A stretch of 59,735 bases of DNA, from positions 1-59,735 of the forward strand of contig JBHADY010000180.1 of the NCBI GenBank assembly GCA_041855325.1. Direction: 5' to 3'. This document shows positions 48,787-57,559 of this stretch, one piece after another; the first letter of the stretch is position 1, and each line of letters opens with the position of its first letter. Both the position numbers and the translations under genes were made by a program. The notes below the pieces were generated by a model that saw only the letters and a program-made list of their open reading frames with translations, did not search any database and was not told the origin of the DNA. This stretch comes from Ignavibacteriota bacterium (GTDB taxonomy: Bacteria; Bacteroidota; Ignavibacteria; Kapaibacteriales; UBA2268).

Positions 48787-49788
48787 TTAACCTATATTTT
48801 CTATATACGATAAAAGTTCCTCTGGGTTAATAGAAACTATGCCGGGGTATTCGCACACTATGCCGGAGGCGTAATTCGCCAGAGCAGCGGCTTCCTTCAT
48901 AGTAGCTCCCGCAGCGAATGCAGCCGATAGAGTAGCTATGGCTGTGTCGCCCGCGCCGGACACGTCGGATACGTTCCTTGCTATGGTTGGCACTTTCGTG
49001 ACTTCGCCGTTCTTTTCGAGCAGTATCATTCCGTCCGCCCCGAGAGTGAGGAGTATATTTTCTGCATTCAGCTCTTTAAGTAGTTTCACTCCTGCTTGGC
49101 GCACGTCTTCAATTGTATTTATTTCCAATCCCAGAGCCATAGAAGCCTCTTTTTTATTAGGTTTAAATAGGGTAACGCCCTGATATGCGAAGAAATTATC
49201 GAATTTCGGATCCACATACACGGGTATATTCTTCTCCTTAGCATAAGCGATTATACCCTGTATCATCGATAGCGTCACCACGCCTTTATTATAGTCTTCA
49301 AGTATAATTCCATCTAAATCATTAATGCTTTTTATGCTATTCATAATGAAATCGAAGCCCGCCACAGAGATAGGGTTTCTCTTTTCTCTATCCACGCGAG
49401 CTATGTGCTGGTTATTGCCCATTAGTCTGGTCTTCACGGTGCTTGGTCTGTCCTTATCGGTGTATATAGCGGACACGTCTATATTCATATTCTTTGCCAG
49501 CTCTGTGAAGTTGCGACCATGGTTATCATCGCCAATGACACCACATAGATATGCCTTTAGCCCGAGGGAGTTCAGGTTCGCAGCTACGTTTGCCGCTCCG
49601 CCGAGGTGTGCAGTCTCTTTTTCTATATCGATAACCGGCACTGGCGCCTCCGGAGATATGCGAGAAACAGAACCCCAATAGTATTTATCGAGCATTACAT
49701 CGCCGACCACGGCAATTTTCTTTCCGCGCATATTTTTAATGATTTTTGAAGAGCGCGAAGCATTTATAATATTAGTTGAATCAGTCAT
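48787..49788 (-). CDS. hldA: D-glycero-beta-D-manno-heptose-7-phosphate kinase (RfaE domain I type PfkB kinase)
   Basis: KIAVVGDVMLDKYYWGSVSRISPEAPVPV N-terminus characteristic of RfaE/HldE domain I. PfkB C-terminal DVSGAGDTAIA motif. No domain II (adenylyltransferase) is fused. Confidence 0.75.
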   Translation of the reverse strand: MTDSTNIINASRSSKIIKNMRGKKIAVVGDVMLDKYYWGSVSRISPEAPVPVIDIEKETAHLGGAANVAANLNSLGLKAYLCGVIGDDNHGRNFTELAKNMNIDVSAIYTDKDRPSTVKTRLMGNNQHIARVDREKRNPISVAGFDFIMNSIKSINDLDGIILEDYNKGVVTLSMIQGIIAYAKEKNIPVYVDPKFDNFFAYQGVTLFKPNKKEASMALGLEINTIEDVRQAGVKLLKELNAENILLTLGADGMILLEKNGEVTKVPTIARNVSDVSGAGDTAIATLSAAFAAGATMKEAAALANYASGIVCEYPGIVSINPEELLSYIENIG

Positions 49789-49838
49789 AATCTTAAGGAA
49801 AAATAATATAATTTATTATTCTTATTATAGTCTATTAT

Positions 49839-50771
49839 TTATTGATAATAATTAATTCTTTGATAGAAGTATTTTTCATCATTTAATTGCAATCTATACG
49901 AAAACAGGGCACTTTGAATATCGGCGAAATCGCACTGTAGCTCGCTTGTTGCCTTCAGAGTAACGAGTCCGGCTTTTTCGGGACGTCTCGCAGCTTGATT
50001 AAGCTCGCTCGGCTGCATAGGCTGGATTAATCCCTCATCAAAGCGGAAGCATTTCGCTATTTTTTTTGCAAATTCATATCTATTCAGGAAGTCTTTTCCG
50101 CAAGCATTATATATTCCGAATTTACGCTTCAGCAGGACTTTCAGCACGCACTGCGCTATATCATCTGTGATAGTAGGCGTAGAGTATTGTCCCTCTACGA
50201 CTTTGAATTCCTGCTCGTTTATCAGTTTTTCCAGCACCCAGCTCACGAAGTTTGGCTTCTCGAAAGAGGACACGCCGAATACTGTGCTTGTGCGGATTAT
50301 GGTATATCTTTCCAGCCCCAGAAGGCAGGCGTTTTCCGCTGCGTGTTTGCTTTTTCCGTAGTAGTTAATTGGGTTCGGCGTAGCGTCTTCTGTGTATGGT
50401 CCTTTCTTTCCGTCGAATATGAAATCAGTAGAAATAGTAATCAAATGGCAATCAATAACCCTGCTGATGCTTATCAGATTCTCCACGAGAGTGGTATTTA
50501 AGTTCCAGCAGAGTTTTCTATCAGTTTCGCATTTATCTACGTCGGTCATAGCGGCGCAATTGATAATGACATCCGGCTTTATTTCATATATGAGTTTCTT
50601 CAGCTGGTTTATATCGAAGAAGTCTGCATTATATGATTTAATTCTATAGCTATAGTCTTTATACTTTGCTTTATTGCTCACGAGGAAGATATTCCAATCT
50701 GTCTCTGCGTACAGCACCCTTGTGATAGCTTCGGCTACCTTCGCCGTAGCCCCTGTGATTAGTACATTCAT
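49839..50771 (-). CDS. RmlD-like SDR (dTDP-4-dehydrorhamnose reductase family sugar-nucleotide reductase)
   Basis: NCAAMTDVDKCE, STDFIFDG, and the catalytic YGKSK (YxxxK) typical of the RmlD substrate-binding domain. The N-terminal dinucleotide motif is degenerate (ITGATAKVA instead of GxxGxxG). Confidence 0.65.
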   Translation of the reverse strand: MNVLITGATAKVAEAITRVLYAETDWNIFLVSNKAKYKDYSYRIKSYNADFFDINQLKKLIYEIKPDVIINCAAMTDVDKCETDRKLCWNLNTTLVENLISISRVIDCHLITISTDFIFDGKKGPYTEDATPNPINYYGKSKHAAENACLLGLERYTIIRTSTVFGVSSFEKPNFVSWVLEKLINEQEFKVVEGQYSTPTITDDIAQCVLKVLLKRKFGIYNACGKDFLNRYEFAKKIAKCFRFDEGLIQPMQPSELNQAARRPEKAGLVTLKATSELQCDFADIQSALFSYRLQLNDEKYFYQRINYYQ

Positions 50772-50810
50772 ATATGTTTATATTGCATTGTTTCTATGTG
50801 ATTTTGTAAA

Positions 50811-50826
50811 TGTTCCACGTGGAACA
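50811..50826. promoter_or_regulatory. parS-like ParB binding site (copy 1), TGTTCCACGTGGAACA
   Basis: Perfect 16-bp palindrome, extending to a 22-bp palindrome AAATGTTCCACGTGGAACATTT (50808-50829). 15/16 match to the widely conserved parS consensus TGTTNCACGTGAAACA. Lies in the 64-bp spacer between the mnmG stop and the next gene start. Confidence 0.7.
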
Positions 50827-50835
50827 TTTTCGCTT

Positions 50836-52677
50836 TTACTTTAAATACACCGCTATGATGGATAAGTCCGTTGCCGAAACCCCTGGGATGCGCGATAGCT
50901 GCCCGAAGGAAGTTGGGCGTATCTTCTTAAGTTTAGCGCGTGCCTCTGTGGAGAGCGACTGCACCTTATTGTAATCGAAGCCTTCGGGAATGCGTTTCTT
51001 TTCATTCTCCGCGAAGTATTTAATCTCATTCAGCTGACGATTTATGTATCCTTCATACTTGGTATTAATCTGCACCTGCTGGATAATATCATCTGAATAT
51101 CCATCGCATTGGGCAAGGGCAAGCAGCTCGGAGAGCTTAGTCTTTCCTCGCTTCACAGCGGAGTATATGTCCATAGTGCCTTCGGTTAGTGTCTCGCCAA
51201 TAGCAGAGAAATACTCATTCAGCACTTGATATGGTATTTTAGTATTCTTAATATAGCTATCCAAGTCGTTAATGATATTAATATCCGCCAAAATGGACTG
51301 ATAGCGTGCTTCATCTATCAAGCCAGATTTATATGCTTTCTCATAGAGGCGATACTGTGCATTGTCCTGCCTAAGGATAAGCCTATACTCAGCAAGTGAA
51401 GTGAATAGACGATACGGTTCGTCGCTGGACTTATTCACTAAATCATCTATCATCACGCCTATGTATGCGTCGCTTCTATCCAGCAGGAATGGCTCGCGAC
51501 CTTTAATCTTAAGAGCAGCGTTAGCACCTGCGACTAAGCCCTGTCCGCCAGCTTCTTCATATCCAGAGCTACCATTAATCTGTCCGGCAAGATATAATCC
51601 CTGAACTAATTTCGTTTCCAAAGTGTAATTAAGTTGGAAAGAAGGGAAATAGTCATACTCTATCGCATAACCCGCTCGCATAAGACGCATATTTTCTAAT
51701 CCGGGGATAGTCCGCAGCCCTTTTATCTGAACATCTAATGGCAAGCTGGTGGAGTATCCATTCACATATACGGAGTCGGTATTAACGCCCTCTGGTTCAA
51801 GGACTATCTTATGAGCATCACGTTCGCCGAAGCGGGAAATCTTATCTTCTATGGACGGACAATACCTTGGACCCAATCCTTCTATCACACCCTTGAACAT
51901 AGGGGAATCCGCGAAGCCAGTTCTCAGAATATCGTGAGTATCCGCATTCGTAGAAGTTATATAACAATTGATTGTATTGCTTATGCTTTTGCTCTTATAT
52001 GAAAACGGCTTGAAGGTATCATCGCCCGGCTCTGGAGTTAACTTGCTATAGTCTATGCTATCTGCATAAACGCGTGGGGGAGTTCCCGTCTTCAGTCTGC
52101 CAACCTCGAAACCATAGTTAATGAGATTATTCGAAACTGTATTGGCAGGAGCTTCGCCGTATCTTCCACCAAAGGTAATATCCCAACCGGTGAACATCTT
52201 ACCATTAAGAAAAGTACCCGGAGTAAATACCACCGACTGAGCTTCTATCTTCGTGCCATCAGAGAGCAACACGCCCTGCACCGTATGATTATTAATTATA
52301 ATCTCATCTACAGTAGCTTCTAATAAATCAATGTTCGTATTCTCTAAATACTCCCTCGCATATATCGGGTATGTATCTATGTCTATTTGGCAGCGTGGAG
52401 ACCAAACGGCTGGACCTTTGGACACATTCAGCATCTTAAAGTGGATACCAGCTTTATCTGCGAGGTATCCCATAGCCCCGCCCAAAGCATCAATTTCCTT
52501 AACCAAATGTCCCTTTGCCGTGCCACCTATGGACGGATTGCACGAAGGCAAACCCATTCTATTTAAATCCATAGTAATGAGCAACACAGAGCAGCCTATT
52601 CTATCGGCAGCGAGCGAAGCCTCTATTCCGGCGTGCCCACCACCGATTACAATTACATCAAATTGTTTATTTATCAT
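50836..52677 (-). CDS. mnmG: tRNA uridine 5-carboxymethylaminomethyl modification enzyme MnmG (GidA)
   Basis: FDVIVIGGGHAGIEASLAA FAD motif, GPRYCPSIEDK, YAIEYDY, GQINGSSGYEEAGGQGL blocks. 613 aa. Confidence 0.95.
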   Translation of the reverse strand: MINKQFDVIVIGGGHAGIEASLAADRIGCSVLLITMDLNRMGLPSCNPSIGGTAKGHLVKEIDALGGAMGYLADKAGIHFKMLNVSKGPAVWSPRCQIDIDTYPIYAREYLENTNIDLLEATVDEIIINNHTVQGVLLSDGTKIEAQSVVFTPGTFLNGKMFTGWDITFGGRYGEAPANTVSNNLINYGFEVGRLKTGTPPRVYADSIDYSKLTPEPGDDTFKPFSYKSKSISNTINCYITSTNADTHDILRTGFADSPMFKGVIEGLGPRYCPSIEDKISRFGERDAHKIVLEPEGVNTDSVYVNGYSTSLPLDVQIKGLRTIPGLENMRLMRAGYAIEYDYFPSFQLNYTLETKLVQGLYLAGQINGSSGYEEAGGQGLVAGANAALKIKGREPFLLDRSDAYIGVMIDDLVNKSSDEPYRLFTSLAEYRLILRQDNAQYRLYEKAYKSGLIDEARYQSILADINIINDLDSYIKNTKIPYQVLNEYFSAIGETLTEGTMDIYSAVKRGKTKLSELLALAQCDGYSDDIIQQVQINTKYEGYINRQLNEIKYFAENEKKRIPEGFDYNKVQSLSTEARAKLKKIRPTSFGQLSRIPGVSATDLSIIAVYLK

Positions 52678-52720
52678 ATATTATTACTTATCATACTTAT
52701 TTAGCTTCTAAGTTTTGAAT

Positions 52721-52736
52721 TGTTCCACGTGGAACA
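52721..52736. promoter_or_regulatory. parS-like ParB binding site (copy 2), TGTTCCACGTGGAACA
   Basis: 16-mer identical to copy 1, extending to a 22-bp palindrome AATTGTTCCACGTGGAACAATT (52718-52739). Lies in the mnmE-mnmG spacer. Confidence 0.7.
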
Positions 52737-52772
52737 ATTGCATCATAATTCCGAATTATTCTTTATCTAATA

Positions 52773-52788
52773 TGTTCCACGTGGAACA
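52773..52788. promoter_or_regulatory. parS-like ParB binding site (copy 3), TGTTCCACGTGGAACA
   Basis: Identical 16-mer, 52 bp from copy 2 (start to start), extending to an 18-bp palindrome (52772-52789). Ends 9 nt before the mnmE stop codon. Confidence 0.7.
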
Positions 52789-52797
52789 TTGTATTTA

Positions 52798-54156
52798 TCA
52801 CTTACCTATGCAAAACTTAGAAAATATTGAATTTAGAACTTCTTCATTGAAGTTCTCGCCTGTGATTTGACCAAAAAGATTAGCAGCATTGCGTATATTA
52901 ATAGATGCTAATTCGTTCTGGTGCAAAGAGATAGCATTAATAGAAAGCTTCAGCTCGTCTATAGCTTTTATAAGCAAATCCTTATGCCTTTCATTAATCA
53001 TTACATTCTGTGAAGAGTTAATAGACTTATTATATTCTTGGGATATAGATGCCTTTAAGTCTTCTATTCCTATAGTACTTTTGGCAGATATAAATATATA
53101 ATTCTCTTTTTCTGATGTATTTATATTATTTATAGCGGTATTATCTATTTTATTATGCACACAAAGAATAGGAATAGAAGGGAATTTTGAAGCTAATTCA
53201 TCGCGTAACTTATCGCTATGATTAATACTTATGGATACATCATTCAAAAGGAGGATTAAATCCGCACCAGCTATGACATTCTCTGCAAGTTTAATCCCGT
53301 CAAGCTCTATGAGGTCATCAGTTTGGCGCAAGCCTGCAGTATCAATCAGTTTAATTGGAATCTGATTAATGTAAATATAATCCTCTATATAATCGCGAGT
53401 AGTGCCGGGGGTACTGCTGATAATCGCCCTATCCTTCTTAAGCAGAGAGTTGAAGAGGGTAGATTTACCAGAGTTAGGATAGCCCACAATTGCGATATGG
53501 AAACCGGAACGAAGAATATTATCAGCCTTAAAGCGAGAGATGAGCTCAGTGCAATAGGCGATAGTCTCATTCACGAGATTCTCGATATAATCATAATCCG
53601 AGAACTCAATGTTATCGTCGAGGAAATCGAGGTCAATCTCCAAGAGAGAGGAAATCTTAATCAGCTTTTGTCGAAGATCAGAAATTGACTCGGAAAAGCC
53701 TCCTGACATCTGGCGTGCCGCCGTCTGAGCCGATGGCACAGAGATAGAGTGAATTATATCCGCCACGGCTTCCGCTTGGAGTAAGTCCAGTTTACCATTT
53801 AGGAATGCAATCTTCGTGAACTCGCCAGGCTCAGCAGGAGTAACGCCATTCTTATACAGTAGCTCAAGAATGAGATGAGGTGTAATTTTCCCACCGTGCG
53901 AAGAAATCTCCACTACGTCCTCGCCAGTGTAAGAGTTTGGGGAGCGGAAAATCGAAAGCACCACCTCGTCAATAATATCATTCGTGAAGTTATCGACTAT
54001 CTTGCCATAGTGTATAGTGTGCGATTTCATCGTGCTGGGGGTGGATTTCCCTTTAAATATTAAATCCATCACCGCGAACGCACCAGCTCCACTAACGCGA
54101 ATAACCGCAATACCCGCCACTCCCGGCGGAGTAGCCAATGCCGCTATAGTTTTCAT
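52798..54156 (-). CDS. mnmE: tRNA modification GTPase MnmE (TrmE)
   Basis: MKTIAALATPPGVAGIAVIRVSG N-terminus, G-domain GYPNSGKSTLFN and DTAGLR, C-terminal FCIGK tetrapeptide. Confidence 0.95.
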   Translation of the reverse strand: MKTIAALATPPGVAGIAVIRVSGAGAFAVMDLIFKGKSTPSTMKSHTIHYGKIVDNFTNDIIDEVVLSIFRSPNSYTGEDVVEISSHGGKITPHLILELLYKNGVTPAEPGEFTKIAFLNGKLDLLQAEAVADIIHSISVPSAQTAARQMSGGFSESISDLRQKLIKISSLLEIDLDFLDDNIEFSDYDYIENLVNETIAYCTELISRFKADNILRSGFHIAIVGYPNSGKSTLFNSLLKKDRAIISSTPGTTRDYIEDYIYINQIPIKLIDTAGLRQTDDLIELDGIKLAENVIAGADLILLLNDVSISINHSDKLRDELASKFPSIPILCVHNKIDNTAINNINTSEKENYIFISAKSTIGIEDLKASISQEYNKSINSSQNVMINERHKDLLIKAIDELKLSINAISLHQNELASINIRNAANLFGQITGENFNEEVLNSIFSKFCIGK

Positions 54157-55145
54157 AAACCCACCGAATCGTTGTAAAATATTCTATTTTGAATTGCACC
54201 AAATGAAAGTAAATCAGCCTTTTTTACAGGGCTTGATATATTCATTTTATGCCTTAAACTAATCTCTATCTTATCAATATCCTCTATCTTATCTGGAATA
54301 ATATAGTATTGTTCAATATCATTCCAATCATCATTCCTTAGAGTAATAATTTCATTTAAATAATAGCTAACCCAAGAATTACCTAATTTGGAATTAGACT
54401 GCTCACTCTGAAGTTTTGCTTCGGTTATCTGAGCATACTCACTATCTAATTCAAAACCAATGTAGTGCCTGCCCAATCTTTTTGCAGCAATAGCTGTTGT
54501 CCCAGTTCCCATAAAAGGATCTAATATAATATCATTTTCATCTGTCGACATTAATATTATTCTTTCCAATAAGTGAATAGGCAATTGACAGGGATGTTCA
54601 TCGCGATACTTATTATGTTTAACTCTATAAATATCAGTCCAAACATCTGAAAGCAAAGGACCGAATGGGTGCAATTTATGCTTCTTACCACCATAATCTT
54701 TTGCTAATATTCTGGATTTTCTCGCTCTCTTATGCGGAGAACGAACCTCATAGAATTTCAATTGATTAGCATCTTTAGCATAAAATAATATTCCATAATG
54801 CGCTGGTTGCAATGATTTTCCCATAGGTGACGTAGGTGCTTCCCAAGAAATCCAATGTTTAAAATCAGCTTCTTTATTTAGGAACTCTGCATAAAATGTT
54901 AGCCATTTAGGAATATTATGCAAAAAAATAGAACCAGTCGGTTTAGTAATTCTAACTAACTCGCTTATCCACTGTTTGCACCAATCCAAATACTCTTGAA
55001 CCTTTAATCTATCTTTGTATGAATTATAACCTTTTTTTAGATTAAAAGGAGGATCTGCGAAAGTACAGTCGACAGATTCATCTGGAACTTCCTTAAGAAG
55101 TTGAAGACAATCACCTTGTATTATTCTATCTATGTAATCATTCAT
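54153..55145 (-). CDS. Beta-class site-specific DNA methyltransferase (N6_N4_Mtase family; N6-adenine or N4-cytosine)
   Basis: Motif IV FADPPFNL near the N-terminus and motif I ILDPFMGTGTTAIAAKRLGR near the C-terminal part, i.e. beta-class permutation. Its stop TGA overlaps the mnmE ATG (ATGA, 54153-54156). Confidence 0.85.
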   Translation of the reverse strand: MNDYIDRIIQGDCLQLLKEVPDESVDCTFADPPFNLKKGYNSYKDRLKVQEYLDWCKQWISELVRITKPTGSIFLHNIPKWLTFYAEFLNKEADFKHWISWEAPTSPMGKSLQPAHYGILFYAKDANQLKFYEVRSPHKRARKSRILAKDYGGKKHKLHPFGPLLSDVWTDIYRVKHNKYRDEHPCQLPIHLLERIILMSTDENDIILDPFMGTGTTAIAAKRLGRHYIGFELDSEYAQITEAKLQSEQSNSKLGNSWVSYYLNEIITLRNDDWNDIEQYYIIPDKIEDIDKIEISLRHKMNISSPVKKADLLSFGAIQNRIFYNDSVGL

Positions 55146-55146
55146 A

Positions 55147-56115
55147 TTAAGCTAGCAATTTAATGAATTCAACAAATCGAGATAACTCATCTTTGCGAAA
55201 AGTAAATACATCATCATAAGCAACAACCATTCTTTTAAGATCATTTTTCCTTACATACCAACCAATTCCATCAACGAAGCCAATAAATTTAGTTTTAGGA
55301 TAATATTTTTTAATAAGTTTACTTACATTAATTTCAGTTTTGGATTTATCACCTTGACCTGATGAAGTAGTAACTAAAAATGAACTTTCAATAATAACTA
55401 AAGGGTTATCCTTGCTTGGGATGATAAAATCCATAGTCCTTTTTTGTATCTGCTCATTATTCAAAAGTTCGGTTAAATCACCTTTTTCGTAAGTTATTCC
55501 ATTTTCTGTTAAAATAGTAGATAAAAGATATTCCGGATTATTTTCAGAAATACCTGATAAACTACCTTTTTCCTTATATCGTACCAAAGTATCAATAATA
55601 GAATCTGTATCAAAACGGAGTTTCGAAATACTAAGTTTCTTTAATTCAAAAAGTGGCAATGTATTTACAAAGAGTGGTATTGTAGCACCTTCGAAAAAGA
55701 TGTTAATAATTGCCTTTCTAAAATATGAATTACTAATAATTAAACTACTAATTTTAGAATCTGAATACTCTTTGATATTGTCTAAATCGTCAGTATTCCA
55801 TTTAGAAATAAACAACTTATTCTCAAGAGTACTATCATTTACTATTCTTACAAGTGTAATTAACCGTTTTAAACTTTCATTAGCAAAACCAGTAAGAGCT
55901 AAAATTGCTCTTAAACCATTCACATTGTTTAGAAGTAAATCATCAAAAATTTCTTTTTTAAGACCTTTATCTTCTATCTCATTTTTTAATACCAATAAGG
56001 TCTCTTTAATGGCATTAATATGAGCATCATATTTTTCTTGAAATAAATGATTATTAAAGTAAAATGTATTTTTATCTAATACAGTATTATACTTTATAAT
56101 GTCATTATTTTTCAT
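55147..56115 (-). CDS. Candidate Type II restriction endonuclease partnered with the adjacent methyltransferase
   Basis: 322-aa ORF, very AT-rich. It ends 1 nt before the MTase start. Segment MDFIIPSKDNPLVIIESSFLVTTSSGQGDKSK has a D...E-x-x-F...G-x-K layout. From memory this resembles the DpnII/MboI-type catalytic region; that similarity is unverified. Confidence 0.5.
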   Translation of the reverse strand: MKNNDIIKYNTVLDKNTFYFNNHLFQEKYDAHINAIKETLLVLKNEIEDKGLKKEIFDDLLLNNVNGLRAILALTGFANESLKRLITLVRIVNDSTLENKLFISKWNTDDLDNIKEYSDSKISSLIISNSYFRKAIINIFFEGATIPLFVNTLPLFELKKLSISKLRFDTDSIIDTLVRYKEKGSLSGISENNPEYLLSTILTENGITYEKGDLTELLNNEQIQKRTMDFIIPSKDNPLVIIESSFLVTTSSGQGDKSKTEINVSKLIKKYYPKTKFIGFVDGIGWYVRKNDLKRMVVAYDDVFTFRKDELSRFVEFIKLLA

Positions 56116-56116
56116 A

Positions 56117-57364
56117 TTACTTCCTAAAATACTTAATCACCTCTACTAACGCAGATTGCACGGTGCGCGAGCGAATCATCTCGCGGCTACCACCGAATTT
56201 GAATACAACTGGGTAATCTCCATTCGCATCGGAGATAGAAACCCAAACAGTGCCGACTGGCTTTTCGGGAGTTCCTCCGTCGGGTCCGGCAATACCGGTA
56301 ATGGAAACAGCTATGTCCGTGCCGAGAATCTCGCGAGTGTTTCGGCTCATTTCAATTGCTGTTTCTTGGCTCACTGCACCATACTTTTCTAAAGTCTCGG
56401 CGGAGACATTCGCCAACTTCATTTTGCTTTCATTTGAATAAGTCAGCAAGCCACCAACGAAGTACTTAGAAGAGCCGGGAATATCCGTGAGAGAAGCTGC
56501 GAGCAAACCCGAAGTACAGGATTCCACACAGGAAATAGTCTTTCCACTTTTAACTAAAAGCTCTGCCACTATGTCGGCGTAATTTCTTTCATCTTCGCTA
56601 ATTACATATTCCTTAATACGCGGGAGTATATAATCGCGAAGCCTATTTAATTCAGCTTGGGCAGAAGAATCATCTATTCCATAAGCACCAATACGCAGCT
56701 TCACTCCGCGGAAAGAAGGCAGAAATGCCAATGTACTTTTGCCCGTAACCTCTGGAGAAATGTCTATTAAATCCGCGAGGAAGGACTCGCCAATTCCATT
56801 AGTTTGAATATTTTGATAAATTATCCTGTCCTTGCTAACTTTCTTTATCTTATTAGCGATTATATCGAAACCGCCGTCCTCCATAATGCAGACCATTTCC
56901 TGAGGGACACCCGGAAGAGAGAAAATCATTTTGCCCGCATTTTCTATTAGCATACCTGGGGCAGTGCCAAGTCTATTCCACAATAACTTAGAACGGCTGG
57001 GGATAAACGCCTGCAGTCTATTCCTCTCGCTGAACTCCACTCCGCGTCTATCGAAGAACTTCTTAAGCTGGGCAGTCCATTCGGGTTGCTCTTCTAAGGT
57101 ATCACCGAAATACGAGCAAATAGTATATTTTGTTATATCATCGTGAGTGGGACCCAATCCGCCAGTGATAACAATAACATCGGAAATACTCTGCAAATAG
57201 TCTAATTCAGAAGTAATTTCCTCTTCGGAATCGCCAATAGTGCTAATCTTCACCACCTTACAGGAAAGGTTAGTAAGGTTATCGGCGAGATACTTAGAGT
57301 TAGAATTTAGAATTTGCCCAATTAATATTTCATCACCAATGGAAAGGATAGAAGCTTTTAGCAT
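56117..57364 (-). CDS. cinA: CinA family protein (MoCF-binding domain plus nicotinamide-nucleotide amidohydrolase PncC domain)
   Basis: N-terminal ILSIGDEILIGQILNSNSKYLA and ITGGLGPTHDDITK. C-terminal CVESCTSGLLA, SITGIAGPDGGT motifs. Confidence 0.9.
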   Translation of the reverse strand: MLKASILSIGDEILIGQILNSNSKYLADNLTNLSCKVVKISTIGDSEEEITSELDYLQSISDVIVITGGLGPTHDDITKYTICSYFGDTLEEQPEWTAQLKKFFDRRGVEFSERNRLQAFIPSRSKLLWNRLGTAPGMLIENAGKMIFSLPGVPQEMVCIMEDGGFDIIANKIKKVSKDRIIYQNIQTNGIGESFLADLIDISPEVTGKSTLAFLPSFRGVKLRIGAYGIDDSSAQAELNRLRDYILPRIKEYVISEDERNYADIVAELLVKSGKTISCVESCTSGLLAASLTDIPGSSKYFVGGLLTYSNESKMKLANVSAETLEKYGAVSQETAIEMSRNTREILGTDIAVSITGIAGPDGGTPEKPVGTVWVSISDANGDYPVVFKFGGSREMIRSRTVQSALVEVIKYFRK

Positions 57365-57559
57365 ATAATTTATATCTGTATACTCTTATTTACCAACATT
57401 TGTCGACGTTTTTCATTGTTGTATATTTTTTTAATCAAAAGCTAAGTTATTTATTCACAATATAGAAATGAAAATTTGCCAAAATTTCTTATTTTTGTAG
57501 TCTATATCAAAATTAAGACAATAAAGAAACTAATAAATACATATTCTACTGAAAATAAT

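Noticed and set aside
55147-56115. Assigning GATC specificity to the R-M pair because of a DpnII-like catalytic segment and a DpnA-like beta-class methylase
   Set aside because: The resemblance is from memory of a short motif only. GATC is not obviously depleted in the window. Specificity cannot be inferred without database comparison or methylome data.
57365-57559. Possible T-box or leader attenuator upstream of pheS, and a Bacteroidetes-type TAnnTTTG promoter (tatttttg at about 57500)
   Set aside because: No specifier or terminator/antiterminator helices could be drawn in this AT-rich leader. The nearest upstream TTTG is only 11 nt from the -7-like element, which is the wrong spacing for the known -33/-7 promoter.
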